A stretch of 64,000 bases of DNA, from positions 2,170,001-2,234,000 of the forward strand of contig OZ176058.1 of assembly GCA_964247055.1 (NCBI GenBank), in the 5' to 3' direction. Shown here one piece after another: positions 1-15,500 of the stretch (position 1 is its first letter; each line of letters begins with the position of its first letter). The position numbers were made by a program, and so were the translations under genes. The stretch comes from Paragordius varius (lineage: Eukaryota > Animalia > Nematomorpha). The notes below the pieces were generated by a model that saw only the letters and a list, made by a program, of their open reading frames with translations, did no database searches and was not told the origin of the DNA.

Positions 1-330
1 TTTTAATGTTCCCTATATAAACTATTTAATTATTAATGTAATGTATAGAATTGAATGTGTTAGTTATATAAATAAATATATATATATATCTATAATTCAC
101 ACTTTGTCATTTAATTAGTTATAATTAAATTAATCTTAAAAAACTATGGTTGTCTTTTAGAAAATATTTGTCTTTATATTTTTACGTTTTGTCCTCACGT
201 ATAATTTCGATTTTTATTGTAATTTTTATTACTGTTGTTTATTGGTTAGTAATTTTCAATATTCATTTTAATGTGGTTGCTTATTAAAAAAAAATATTAA
301 TTTTTTTGTACGCGTTTTCTTTTATTATTA

Positions 331-477
331 CAGTAAAATTGAAATTATACTATGGACAAAACATAAAAATATAAAGACAAATGTTTTTTTAAAAAGACAA
401 CCATATTTTTTTAAAACCTTAAACCTTTCTATATAAGCTTTTTACTTATTATTTAATATATAGAATGGATTGTTAGT

Positions 478-510
<33 letters not shown>

Positions 511-630
511 CACAATTTGTCATTTAATTAGTTATAATTAAATTAATCTTAAAAACTATGGTTGTCCTTTTGAAAAATATTTGTCTTTATATTTTTACCT
601 TTTGTCTTTATGTAATTTCAATTTTTACTG
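331..630. mobile_element. MITE family B (TA-CAGT..ACTG-TA, Tc1/mariner-pogo type), ~300 bp
   Basis: Long TIRs CAGTAAAATTGAAATTATAC..GGACAAAAC.TAAAAATATAAAGACAAAT..AAAAGACAACCATA, flanked by TA. Partial copies lie on either side (about 40-221 and 660-800). Confidence 0.75.
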
Positions 631-949
631 TATTTTTAATTACTATTGATATATATATATATATATAACACACTTTGTCATTTCAAAACAAAGAGAGTTG
701 TATTTAAAAAAATCAACATTTAAAAAGTATGGTTGTCTTTTGGGAAAAAAATATTTGTCTTTATATTTTTACGTTTTGTCCTCACGTATAATTTCGATTT
801 TTATTTATTATTAATGATTCCGAAATCAGCTGTTTTTATTAAGATAGTTTTTAAATATTTAATTATTTAATCATTAATTTTTTTACATTTAATTATTGTA
901 TATAAAAAATTACAAAAACTGTTTGTGAAAAAAAATATTTTTATTTTTT

Positions 950-1671
950 TTAAGTTTTTTGAGTAAAATCAAAATATATTAATCTATGTTTTAGGTTCAT
1001 TACCAAATAATAATATTATTAATATTAATCAAAGATCAGCTGTTTTCTTAACTTAAATATTTAAATATATTTTTAATTTTTTAAATATAATTATTAAATT
1101 TTATGAAAATTTTTCTTAAAATTTTATATTTCTTTTAAATCAAAATATATAAATCTATGATTTAGGCTCATTACCAAAGAATATTAATATCAATCCAAGA
1201 TCAGCTGTTTTCTTATTTTAAATTAAAAATATTTTAATTTTTTTTCAAATTAATTTATTAATTTTTGAAAAAGGGATTTAAATATTTTTACATTTTTTTT
1301 AAAATATATAAATTTATGTTTTAGGCTCATTACCAAACAATATTAATATCAATCCAAGATCAGCTATTTTATCACTTTAAATATTTTAAATATATTTTTA
1401 ATTTTTTAAATATAATTATTAAATTTTATGAAAATTTTTCTTAAAATTTAATATTTTTTTATTCTTTTTTGAGTAAAATCAAAATATATAAATCTATGTT
1501 TTAGGTTCATTACCAAACTATATTAATATCAATCCAAGATCAGCTGTTTTATTACTTTAAATATTATTTTAAATTTTTTATAAAAAAATAATCAATTATA
1601 AAAAAAGTATTTTAAATATTTGTTTTACATTTTTTTTGAGTAAAATCAAAATATATAAATATATGTTTTAG
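950..1671 (+). repeat. Four tandem truncated copies of the first HMGXB4-like acceptor and exon start
   Basis: aatctatgttttagg(t/c)tcattaccaaa..aatattaatatcaatccaagatcagctgtt at about 985, 1155, 1315 and 1495, ahead of the functional copy at 1660-1716. Confidence 0.8.
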
Positions 1672-1688
1672 GTTCATTACCAAACAAT

Positions 1689-1864
1689 ATGATTAATATC
1701 AATCCAAGATCAGCTGTTCCAGTCTCACTTTCCTTGGTTAGGTCATCAGGTGATTTTTCAGGCGGCGGTGGTGGGCCTCAAAATACCCTTTTTCTGGCCC
1801 GGGGTAGGGACCCTAACTTAAATCGCCCCCAATTATTAAATAGTAATTTTATAAATATATATAT

Positions 1865-1895
<31 letters not shown>

Positions 1896-1963
1896 TTAAA
1901 TATTATATATATTTATAAATATATATTTTTATATATAAATATATATAATCATTTAAAAAATTT

Positions 1964-1998
<35 letters not shown>

Positions 1999-2449
1999 TC
2001 AATAAATTTATCTATTAAAACTTATTTATATATATTTATATATATATATATTTCTATAAATTAAATAAATTCATTTAAAAATTCAAAAAAAAATTCTAAA
2101 CATAATACATATATACCTACAATTCAAAATTTTATATATATTTACTGTTCAAATTCACTCTTAAACAATTCAAATTCACCCTCGAACAATTCAAATTTAC
2201 CTAAAAATAAATTATGTGTTTTCGAACTAATAAACTCATCATTAATAAGTGAAATATATTCTTATGGCATAGTTTATTATTTTTCAGTTTTTTAAACAAA
2301 AGTTTAATTTTTTTAAAATATATAAAATTATAGGTAATATTTAATCTTAAAAAACATATAATTTATTTTAAGGTAAATTTGAATTGTTCAAGGGAATCGT
2401 AAATGATATATGTATATTTTTGATAATAATTTTTATTTTTAATATATTT

Positions 2450-2488
<39 letters not shown>

Positions 2489-5400
2489 AAATTTATATAT
2501 TTTTTATATGTAAGATAATAAAAAAATTATTAAAAATTAATAATAGTTTATAAATTATGTTTTATTTTTTTATCAAAAATATATTTTTAATTTTATTAAA
2601 AAAAATATTTTTTTTAGGACCCCAAATGCAGAATATTGGAATGCCGCCTCAAAGGTATTATTAATTTATATTTTTTTTATTTAAATAATTATAAATTATT
2701 TTTTTTATTTTTTAATTAAAAAAATTAAATTTTATCACATTAATTTTAAATTATTTTTTTGAATTTTCTTTTAATTATATAATGTTTTTTTTATTTAAAT
2801 AATTATAAATTTTAATTTTTTAAATTATATAATATTTTTTATTTAAATAATTATAAATTTAATTTTTTGAAATAAATATATATAAATTTCAATTTTTTTT
2901 AAAATATATAATGTTTTTATTTGGATATATATAAAATTTTTTAAATTATATTATATTTTTTTAAATAATTATAAATTTTAAATTTTTATAAATTATATAA
3001 TATTTCTTATTTAAATAATTATAAATTTTTTTGAATTTTTTTTATATTATATCATGTTTTTTATTTATATGATTATAAATTTTATATTTTAGAATATTTT
3101 TTAAATTGATTATAAATTATTTTTTTTTATTTTTTTTATTATATTAATTAAAAATTAATTTTTTTTTAGATTAATTTTGCAATCATCGCAAAATACGGGT
3201 TTTAGACCAACTGGTACAGGTAAGTAATTTTTTTTAAAAAATTATTTTTATAAAAATATATAATATATATAAATTTTGATTTTATGCAATTTATTTTATT
3301 TAACTAAAATTATAGAGAAATAATTAATTATTTTTAGATTCAAATATTTTGATATTTTGATATTTTTTTTGAAAAATTAATTTAAATAATTATTTTTTTT
3401 GTTAAAATAAATAAAACCAATTATTTTTTTTGATGAATATGATCCATAGAGCTCTTGTTTTTTTTTCATTCTTTAACAAATCTATTTTTACGAAAAAAAT
3501 TATAAATTTTTGATAAAATAAAGGAAACATGACTGTATATATATAAAAACTTGGTTGCTTAAAAAGAAAATGTCAAAAAATATTTAAAAATTTATATATT
3601 TATTAATAAATTATTTTTTTGCAAAACAAAATAGATAATTTTGACAATTTTTTTACTTTAATAACTTTAAAAAATTTTTTTATTATATTTTAATATTTTT
3701 TATTTTTGAATAATTATTGAAATTGTCAAAATAAAATTCTTAAAGCTATAAATATCAAGGAGTTCTTCTTGAATTGCCGAAAAAATATTAAAAAATTTAT
3801 TTATTCATGAATTATAAATTTTTGCAAAACAAAATTGATAATTTTAACAATTTTTTATTTAATAACTTAAAAATTTTTTATATATTTTAATATTTTTTAT
3901 TTTTGAATAATTATTGAAATTGCCAAAAAAAACAAAATTCACACCCTTGAAGTTGTTGAAAAAATATTTAAAAATCATATTTATATATTATTAATGAATT
4001 TTTTGCAAAAAATAGATTATTTTAACTATTTATTATTTGAAACTTTAAAAAAAAATTAATTTTATTTTTTATTCAAATAATTTTTTTTTAAATAATAATT
4101 ATTAAAATCCCAAAAAAAACAAATTTTGCAAAGTTATAAATATCAAGAAGGCCCCTTTGAAAAGTTGTGGAAAAAATATTTAAAAAATTTTTTAAATAAA
4201 AAATTTTTCAAAATAGATAATTTTAACAATTTTTTATTTAAATATTTTTAAAAAAATTTAATTTAAATGTATTTTTAATATTTTTTATTTTTGAATAATA
4301 ATTGAAATTGCGAAAAAAACACAATTTGCAAAGCTATATATATTAAGGAAGCCATTTTGAAAATTTGCTGAAAAAATATTTAAAATTTATATATTTATTT
4401 ATAAATGATAAAAAATTTTTCAAAATAGATTATTTTAACAATTTTTTTTTTGATACTTTAAAAAAATTTAAATATATTATAATATTTTTTATTTTTGAAT
4501 AATTATTGAAATTGCCAAAAAAACAAAATTTGCAAAGCTATGAATAATAAGAAGGTCTACTTGAAATTTATATAATTATTAATAAAAAAAATTTTTCCAA
4601 AAAAAATAATTTTAACAATTTTTTCTTTGATAACTTTAAAAAAATTAAAATATATTTTTTATTTTTTTAAAAAATAATTATTGAAATTGCCAAAAAAACA
4701 ATATTCCTAAAGCTATAAATATTAAGAAGGCCTTTTTGGAAAGTTGTTGAAAAAATATTTAAAAATTATTTAAAATATAATTTTTTTGCAAAACAAAATA
4801 GATAATTTTAACAATTTTCATTTGATAAATTTAAAAAAATTAAATATATTTTAATTTTTTTATTTTTTTTATAATTATTGAAATTGTCAAAAAAAACAAA
4901 ATTCGTAAAGCTATATATATTAAGGATGGGTCCCCTTGAAGTTGTTGAAGAAATATTTAAATATTATATTTATTTATAAATAATAATTTTTTTGCAAAAA
5001 CTTAGATAATTTTATCAATCTTTTATTTTATAACTTTAAAAAAATTTAAATATTTTAAATATATTTAATATTTTTGAATAATTATTGAAAATTGCCAAAA
5101 AAAACAAAATTCGCAAAGCTATAAATATTATGGAGGGGTCCCCTTGAAGTTGTTGAAAAAATATTTAAAAATTATATTTATTTATATTTTTTTGCAAAAT
5201 AAATAATTTTAACATTTTATTTGATAACTTAAAAAAAATTAAATATATTTTAATATTTTTACATTTTTTTATATTTTTTTGAAAATTATTTTTTAATAAT
5301 AGGAGGTATTCCATTTAATTTTTTTATTTATAATTTATATTTATATTAATATTAGCTTATTAAATTATATTTAAAAAGAATATTTTTTTCTAAAAAAGAA

Positions 5401-8400
5401 TATTTTTTTCTAATTAATAAATACCATTTAATTATTTTTATATTAGCTTATTAAATTATATTTATTAATAAAAATTTTTCAAAATATAGATTATTTTAAC
5501 AATTTTTTATTTGATAACTTTAAAAAAAATTAAAATATATTTTAATATTTATTATTTTTGAATAATTATTGGAATTGTCAAAAACAAAATTTGCAAAGAT
5601 TATATTAAGGAGGCCCCCTTGAACTTGTTAAAAAAATATTTAAACTTATATTTATTTATATTTTTTGAAAAAAAAATAATTTTAACAATTTTTTCTTTGA
5701 TAACTTTAAAAAAATTTTTTTTTTAATATTTTTTTATTTTTGAATAAATATTGAAATTGCCAAAAAAACAAAATTTGCAAAGCTATAAATATCAAGAAGG
5801 CCCCCTTGAAGTACCGAAAAAAATTTATATATTAATTAATAAATTATTTTTTTGCAAAAAAAACAGATTATTTTAACAATTTTTTATTTGATAACTCTAA
5901 AAAAATTAAAATATATTATAATATTTTTTATTTTTGAATAATTATTGAACAAAAAAAATTGAAAAGCTATAAATATTAGGCAAGGCCCCCTTGAATTACC
6001 GAAATTTTTTTAAATAATAATTTTTTGCAAAAATAATATAATTTTATTGCAAAAATAGATTATTTGAACAATCTTTTATTTGATAACTTTAAAAAATTTA
6101 AATATATTTAATATTTTTGAATAATCATTGAAATTGCCAAAAAAAACAAAATTCGTAAAGCTATAAATATTAATGGAAAATATTTAAAAATTTATATATT
6201 TATTTAAAAAAATATAATATTTTTTTAATTATATTTTTTATTATTTTTAAAAAATAATTATTTTTTAATATAATAGGAGGTATTCCATTAAGTCGAATAA
6301 TTAATAATACGAATGAAAATAAAAATGTTGGAAATTTTGCGCCATCTTTGCACAATTTGACCCATACGCAGGAAATTAGAGGTTTGATTTTAAATTTATT
6401 TAAATTATTTTTTTATTTTATATTATTTTCTATTTTTACAATTACATTATATATATATATATATATATCTTAAATATTAATAATTTTTAAAAAAAATATA
6501 TTTTTATATAAAATATCCAATAATATTAATACTAAGTATTTAATATAATAAAAAAATTATTTTTAAATAATTTTAAATGTACAATTTATAAATTTTAATA
6601 AAAAATTTAAATTAAAATCATAATTTTTTATATTTTATATAAATTTAATAAAAAAATTTTTATAATTAATTAATAATATATATAAAAATATTTTTTAATA
6701 TTATATAAATTTAAATAATTTTTTTTATAATTAATTAATTGGTATTATATATAAAATTCAATTATATTTTTTTTAATTAATTATTTTATTAATTAATATA
6801 TTTTTACTAATATATATAATTTAATTAATTATTTTTATTTAATTAAAGTTTTTGAGTCAAATCTAAATTTCAATTTTAATTTAATAAAAAATTAATTTAT
6901 TTTTTTGGAATTTTAGGAATTGATTTAGTTGGACATATGATGGCTAATAAACCCAATGAAAATGTAAATTTTTTTACTTATATATAATTTTAAAAAAAAT
7001 TTTTTTTGTAAAATTATATAATTTTACATATTTTTTAGAAAATATAAATAAAAATTATATGTATTTTATAAAAAAACGTTCTTTTTTCAATTCTATTTGG
7101 AATTTTTTTTCCAACTTTTGCAAAATATTTTTAAAACTTAATTTATATTTTTATTAATTTTAAAAATATATATATATGTATCAAAACTTATTTTAATTTT
7201 TAATTAATTTTAAAATAATGGATTTCTTTTTTTAAAATGCATCCATTTTTTGGGGGAAAAGAAAATTATTCAATAAGTTAGTAGTTAGTTCTTTCAAATG
7301 CAAACAAATTTTATCAATATATATACTTTTTTGATTTTTTTGATATTATTAAATATTTGACTTCTGCAAGGAATTCTATTTATAAAAAGAATTTTTTTAT
7401 CTGATTATTTTAATACAAATCAGCTGTTTCGTGGCGGCGCCGGCGCGCCAAATTTTACTTCTGCAAGGATAAAAGAGCGGAAATTTGGCGCGGATTTTAA
7501 AATAATATTTTTCCAATTTTCTTTTATTCTAAATTTTGATCAGCTGTCTTGCGGACCTCAAAATTTTACTTCTGCAAGGAATTCTTCATAAAACTGAATT
7601 TTTTTATCAGATCAATTAATATACGGAAGATTTAATATAAAACACATATATAATTATTTTAATAGAAATCAGCTGTTTCTCGTGTTCGTATAAGCGATTA
7701 AATTAATTAATAAATAAATTTTCATATATTATTAATTTTCAAAAACTTTTTATTTTCTAAATTTTGATCAGCTGTCTCGCGTACCTCAATATTTTAGTTT
7801 TGCAAGGAATTCTATTTAAAACTGAATTTTTTAACTCATCAGTTAATTATAAATATATATATATTTTAAACGGAATAATTAATATAAAATACATATATAA
7901 TTATTTTAATAGAAATCAGCTGTTTTCTATGTCATTTTAAGCGAGGAATTTGGCGGGAATTTTTTAAATAAATTTTTAAAATCATCAAATTATAACATTT
8001 ATTTCCAACAACTTTTTTATTTTCTAAATTTTGATCTGTCTCGCGGACCTCAAAATTTCAGTTTTGTAAGGAATTCTATGTAAAATAATTATTTTAATAT
8101 TAATAAGCTGTTTCTCGTGTCCGTATAAGCGAGGAATTCGGCGCGAATCTTTCAAATTATCAAAATTCTAATAACTTTTTTATTCTAACAGCTGTCTCGC
8201 GGTGGCGCCAGCGCGCCAAATTTTAGTTGTGCAAGGAATGCTTTTATGATGGCGGGAATCTTCTAAATAAACAAATTTTTTTTTTAAAAAATGTAGAATT
8301 GTAAAAAAATCCTAATAAAATTTTTTATAATATTTCCAACACTTTTAAATAAATCAATAAAATGATCAAATTATAATATTTATTTCCAACACTTTTTTAT

Positions 8401-9547
8401 TCTAAATTTTGATCAGCTGTCTCGGACTGGCATCGGCGCGCCAAATTTTAGTTCTGCAAGAAACCATTTTATGATGGCGGGAAAAATTAAAACAACATTT
8501 GCGGCGACAACAGCTGATGATGAAAAAACCCTAAAAGAAATGGAAAAGAGTATTGAAGCCTTACCCAACTCTGAACAGGAAGAAAAAATTTTGAAAGATC
8601 GGAAAGTAAAAAATAAAAAAAAATTAAAAAAAATTAATTTTTATTAAAAAATTTTTATAAATAATTTTTTATATGTAATTTAAATTTTGGGTTTAAATAT
8701 GAAATATTTAAAAAAAAATGATTTGTTTTTGTTCTTTAATATAAAATTGGTTTTAATATTTAAAAAATTTTTTAAATGATTTGTTTTTGAAATTTTAAAA
8801 TTTGAAAGATCGGAAAGTAAAAAAAAATATTAAAAAATTTAAAAAAATTAAATATTTATTTAAAAAAATATTTTATAAATAATATAACTTATTTTGGGTT
8901 TTTAAATATGAAACAATTATTTTTTTTGTTTTTAATTAATAAAAGTTAAATTTTGGGTTTTTTAAAAAAAATTATTATTAAAAAAATATTTTTATAAATA
9001 ATTTATTATTTAAAAAAATATTGAATTGAAAATTTTTTTGGTTTTTGATTAATATAAGTTAATTGGGTTTTTTTATATTTGAAAATTTTTTTAAAAAAAT
9101 TATTTGTTTTTGAAATTTTAAAATTTAGAAAGATTGAAAAGTGAAAATGTTTAAAAAAATATTAAATATTTTTTATAAAAAATTTTTAAGAAATATATAT
9201 ATATATATATTTTAAGATATTTTTAATTTTTTTTGGATTATTAAAATAAGTTAAATTTTGGGTTATTAATTAATATTTTAAAAAAATGATTTGTTTTTAA
9301 AATTTTAAAAATCGAAAACTAAAAAATTGTTTAATAATTAAATTTTTATTAAAAAAAATTATTTTATATAAAAAAATATGAATTGAATTTTTTTTCGTTC
9401 TTGAATAATATAAATTAAATTTTGGATTTTTTAAATATTTAATATTTAAAAAACAAATCACCCAACTCTGAACAAGAAGAAAAAATTTTGAAAGATCGGA
9501 AAGTAAAAAAATTGTTTAAAAATATTTAAAAAATTAACTATTTTTTT

Positions 9548-9587
<40 letters not shown>

Positions 9588-12500
9588 TTTACAATTCAAA
9601 TTCACCCTCTTTGAACAATTTAAATTCACCCTAAAAATTAATTATGTGTGTCTTCGAACTAATATAACTCAACTTATTTATATAAATATATCTTTATGGC
9701 AACATAATTTATTATTTTTTCAGTATTATTTTGATTAAAAACGAAATTTCATATTTTATAAAAATATATATATAAATTAAGTTTATTTTTGATCTTACAA
9801 ACACATATAATTTATTTGAGGGTGCGAATTGTTTAAGGGTGAATTTGAAGTAAATGGTATATATATAAGAAATTATAGTAGTTTAAATGGATATTTTAAT
9901 ATTTTTTTCTTTCTAAATTTTTTTAAATGATAAAAATAAGTATAAATTGTTTCTTATTTTTTTTAATATAAAAATAAAAAAAAATAATTTATTTATTAAA
10001 CTTTTTTTATATAAATAATTTTAATGTATTATTATTTTTCAATAAAATTATTTAGATATAGTGGGATTTTTTAATTTTTTTTGTATAAAATTGTTTCAAG
10101 TTAATCTTTTCGTTAAATTTTTTTAATTTTATTTTATTTTACTATATGTTTGTAAAAAGTAGTTATATATTTTTGATATTTAATTTTTTATTAAAAAATT
10201 TATTAATTATATTTTAAATATAAATATTAATAAATAATTTTTTTTATATATTTATTTTAGGGTAAAAAATTAAATAAATTTATTTTAATTAAATTTTTTA
10301 ATTTGTTATTTAAATATATTATTTTAAGGGAAATTAAATAATTTTGATTTTAAATAAATTTTTTAAAATTTTTTTTTAAATAATTTAACATTTTAAGGGT
10401 ATAAAAATTGAATTTTTTAAAATTAATTAATCCAATTTTTTAAATATTAATAAATAAATTTTGATTATAAATAACAAAATTTTTTATTTTTTATTGATCC
10501 TGATTATAAACTAAAAAATAATAAATTTTTATGTTATATTAATTTTTTAAATGTTTTTTTTTAATATTTTATTTTAAGGGTAAAAAAAATAATTTTGATT
10601 TTATAATTAATTAATTAAATTTTTTAATTATTTTATTATTTTAAGGGTAATATAATTAAATAATTTTAAAATTAATTAATTAAATTTTTTTGAATATCAA
10701 AATTAATAAAGAATTTTATTTAAAAAATTAAAATTTTTAATTTTTTATTAAATAAGGGTAAAAAAATTTAATAATTTTAAATAAATTTTTTGATTTTTAA
10801 ATATAAATATTTTCATTTTAAACATTTTATTATTTTAGGGTAAAATTAATTTTGATTTAAAATTAATTAATTAAATTAGCTAAATATAAATATTAATAAA
10901 TGATTTTTTAAATTAATTTTTTTTAATTTTTTTTTCAAATATTTTATTTTAAGGGTAAAAAAACTAATAAATTTTGATTTCAAATATATGCGTTAAATTT
11001 TTTTTTAAATTTTATCTTAAATAAATTTTATATTTTAAGGTAAAATTAAATTTTGATTTTAAATTTAATAAATTAAATTTTTTATATTAAAATTAATAAA
11101 TTTTAATTTTAAATATAAAAATTTTAAATATTTTATTTTAAGGGTAAATAAACTAAATATTTTTGATATAAATTTTTTATTTTTAAAAATTTCAAAATTA
11201 ATTAATCAAATTTGTTAAATATGAATATTAATGCATAATTTTATTTTAAGGGTAAAAAAAATAATTTTAATTTTAAAAGTAATCAATTTGTTAAATTTTT
11301 TATTTTTTTAAAATTATTTATTTTAAGGGTAAAAAAAACTAAGATTTTATATTTTTTTTAAATCAAAATTTTTAATTTTTTTCAGATATTTTATTTTAAT
11401 ATAAATATTAATATAATTTTATTTGAAATAATTTTTTTTAATGTTTTATTTTAAATAAATTTTTTAAATATTTTATTTTAATTAAATTTTTTAAATTATT
11501 TTTTTTAAATAAATTTTATAATTTTTAGGGTAAAAAAACTAAAAAAATTACGGCTTATACCTTGTGGAGTCAACATCACAGAAAAAATGTTCCAGCTGGT
11601 TTAGGTAATTTTTTTAAAAAAAATTAAATTAATTTTATTTTTTTTTAAATTTTATAATTTTTTTAGAAATATTTTTTAATTTAAAGGATATATATATATA
11701 TATATATATATACATAAATATATATTTTGAAAATATAATAATTTTAAAAATTAAATATACATATTTATTAATTTTAAAAAATATAATTATATTTTTATAA
11801 TTTGAATATTTTTATAATTTGAAGAATTTTAATTAATTTAATATTTTTTATTAAATAAATATATTTTTTCGTACATTTTAATATATTTGAATAATTTTAA
11901 TATATTATAAAAAAATGATTCTGATTTTTTATTCTATAAAAAATTTTATAATATTTAAAAATTAAAATATATAATTTAAAAATTAATTTTTTTATTTAAC
12001 TTATAATTTTTTTATATTTTTATTTATTTTATGTATATTTAAAAATTAATATTTGTAATGTTTTATATTATAAAAAATAATTTATATTTTTCGTTTTTTA
12101 ATTATCAATAAAATTAATTTAGTATCTATTATTTTTAAAATAATAAATTTATACATAAAAATATAAAAAAAAATTTTTTTATTTTTAAATAATTTAATAT
12201 ATTTTTTTTAATTATTTTTAAATATTTTAATATTTTAATATTTTTTAGATTTTGGGCAAATTAGTAAAGTGTTATCCGAGGGTTGGTCAAATACAGATCC
12301 TAAAGAAAAAATGGTATTTAAAATAATTTTTTTTATTTAAAAAATATTAATAAATAATAATATTTTTTATTTAAAAAATATTAATAAATAATAATTTTTT
12401 ATATATTAAATTTATTATTTTTAATAAATATAATTTATTTTTTTAAATAATATTTTTTATTTTTTGAGAAAAAGATAAGATATAAGCAATTATATATAAT

Positions 12501-15500
12501 TGCTTATATATTCAATTTATGATTAATTATTTTTATAAGAAAAATGTTAAAAGTTATTTGATTATTTCTTAAATTGTTAAAAAAATTATTATTTTAAAAA
12601 AATTGTACAAATTTACATTAATATAAAAATTTAAAATAAATTTATATTTATTTTTTTTATAAAAATAAAAGAATTTAAAATAAATTATTATTTTTAATAA
12701 ATTATATTTTTTGAGGTTTTGGAAAATAAAAGATAAGATAAGAGCAATTATATATAATTGCTTATATATTTAATTTATACTTTATTAATTTTATTAATTT
12801 TGAATTTTATTATTTAAAAAAAATATTTATATAAAAAAAATATCTATTTTTTTAATAAAATATAAAATTTGAAATAAATAAATAATTTTTTATAAAATAC
12901 TTTTTATATAAAAAAGTAAATGTATATTTATTTCATATTTTAAATTTTAATTAAATATGTATTTTTTTAATTTATTAAAAAATTTAAAATAAATAGATAA
13001 TTATATTTATTAAAATCAAAAAATTTAAAATAAATTCATATTTAATAAAAAAATTTTTATATAAAAAAGTAAATATATATTTATTTCCAATTTATTAAAA
13101 ATTTTTAATTAATATGTATTTAATAAAATAATATTTTAAAATAATAAATATTTATTATTAAAAAAATATTTTTAAGTAATTTTAATTAATTAACTAAAAT
13201 ATTATTTAAGTAAAATAATATTAAATTAAATATATATTTATTTCATATTTTATAAAAATAAAAAAATTTATATTAAGTAAATAATTATTTTTATATTTTA
13301 TAAAAATTTTAATTAAATATGAGCTTCTCTAATAAAATAAAAAATTTAAATCTAATAATAATTTTTAATAAAATTAAAAAATTTCAAAAAAATATTCACT
13401 ATTTTTTTTAAAAAATTTAAGAAAAAATGTTTTTTTAATATAATTAAAAATAATTATTTTAAAAAAAATTATATTTATTTTTAATAAAATAAAAAAATTT
13501 TAATAATTTAAAAATTTTTTTTAAAAAAATTATTTTTATTTATAGGTTTGGAAAAGGAAAGCTAAAATAATGACAGATAAATTACAAGCGTCATACAGGG
13601 AAGAAGAGCTGTTGCTGGGTTTGGAAGATGGCAGTTTAACATCTTCAAAAAGTATATAGTTTTTAATTTTTTTATTTAATTTTTATATAATTAATATATT
13701 TAATAAAAAAATATAATTTATTAAATTTTTTGTATTAAAAATAAATGATTTTATTTGACAAAAACTTTGTCAAAAAGTATATTTTTTTTAATTTTTTTAT
13801 TTATATTAAATGTAAAGAATATAATTTATTTTTATTTGTTTAAATAATAAATTTTTATTTATTAAATACAAAACTTTGTCAAAAAATATATTTTTTTAAT
13901 TTTTTTTTTATATTTTTATTTATATTACATATATTTTTTGAATTTATTTTTATTTGTTTTATTTAAAAAACAAAACTTGTCAAAAAGTATATTATTTTTC
14001 TTATTTTTATTTATATTAAGATATTTAATATATTTTTATTTGTTGGAAAAGTAATTTATTAATTATTAAATACTTTGTATGTGTGAATTTTTTTTATATT
14101 ATTAAATAATTTAAAAAAAAATTATTTTATTTTTAAAAAAAACTATCAATTATTAACAAAAAAAAACTTTGTCAGAAAATGTAATTATTTAAATTTTTTT
14201 TTATATTTCATTTATAATTAATATATATAATAAAAAAATATATTTTATTTTTATTTTTTGTATAAAAATTAAATTGTTTAACAAATGTCAAAAAGTGTGA
14301 TTATTTTTTTTATATTATTCATATTATTAAATAATTTAATTAAAAAAATTTACCATTTTTTATGTTTATAAGGAATAGCTTTTTTGTTTTACGAACTCAC
14401 AGCAGTTTAAATTATATTTTTTATTTTATTAATTTATTAAAAAATAAAAAAAATTAGAAAAGAAAAAAGGCGCCCTCACCGGCAATCCCAGCCAGCTGGA
14501 AGCGGAATTCCTTAAAGAACAAACTCGCTTAATTAATGCGCTCTCTCTGGCTGCTTATGAAAGCGAGGACGAGGATATTAATGTAAGAAAAAATTATTTT
14601 TTATAAAATTTAAAATAATATTTTTGAAAATTTATTAAATTTTTAAAATAATTTATGAGAATTTATTAAAAAAATATATTATTTATAAAAAAATTTTTTT
14701 TTTCGAAATATTTTAAAAATAAAATAATTTTTTGAAGAATCATTTTATATAATTTTTTTATACTATAACACATTTAATTATATATATTTTATGATAATTT
14801 TCTTTTAAAAAATTTAAAAAAAAATATTTTTTTGAAAATTTAAATTATACCAATTTTTGAAATCTTGTTTTTAGAAAATAATTATAAAAAATATCATATA
14901 TATATTTATTTTCATAATATTTTATAATAAAATATTTTTTTTAAATATTTAAAATTTGGTTATTTTTTTAAAATACATTGTGTTTAGAAAATAATTCTAA
15001 GACATATAAATAAAATAAATTTTATTAAGATAGTTTTAATATTATTTTTATTTTTTTATAAATTAAAATAATTTTTTTTATTTTTTAAATTTTATAATTT
15101 TTTCCAAATATTTTAAAAAAAATTATATAATTTAGTTCAAATTAATATTTAAAAATTAATTATTAATTAAAAAATTTAAATAGATAAAATTATAGATACA
15201 CCGCTCATCTCAAATTATTTTATCTGAATTTATTGTTGAATATTTTTTGAATATTATATTATAATAAAGTTTTTATTTTGGAATGAATAATTTTAATATT
15301 TTCAAAAATTAATTGGGAAAATTTATACTTTCGAATAACTTTCATTTTTTCCATTTTTTTATATATCCAATCAGCTGTTCTTTAAATAATATATATATAT
15401 TAGTATATAAAACTTACAATTTTTTAAAAAAAAACTTAAACTTGAATAATTTTTAGATTAGCGGTGTATAAAAGATCTAATATATGGAACAGCTCATTTA

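Noticed and set aside
1843-2018. 3' half of the ORF-track 109-aa ORF (INIYIYIY..)
   Set aside because: Read-through past the donor at 1843 into a (TA)n-rich intron.
7830-7845. Second hammerhead-like CTGATGAG on the minus strand
   Set aside because: No stem II, GAAA or stem I around it; it is part of an intronic echo.
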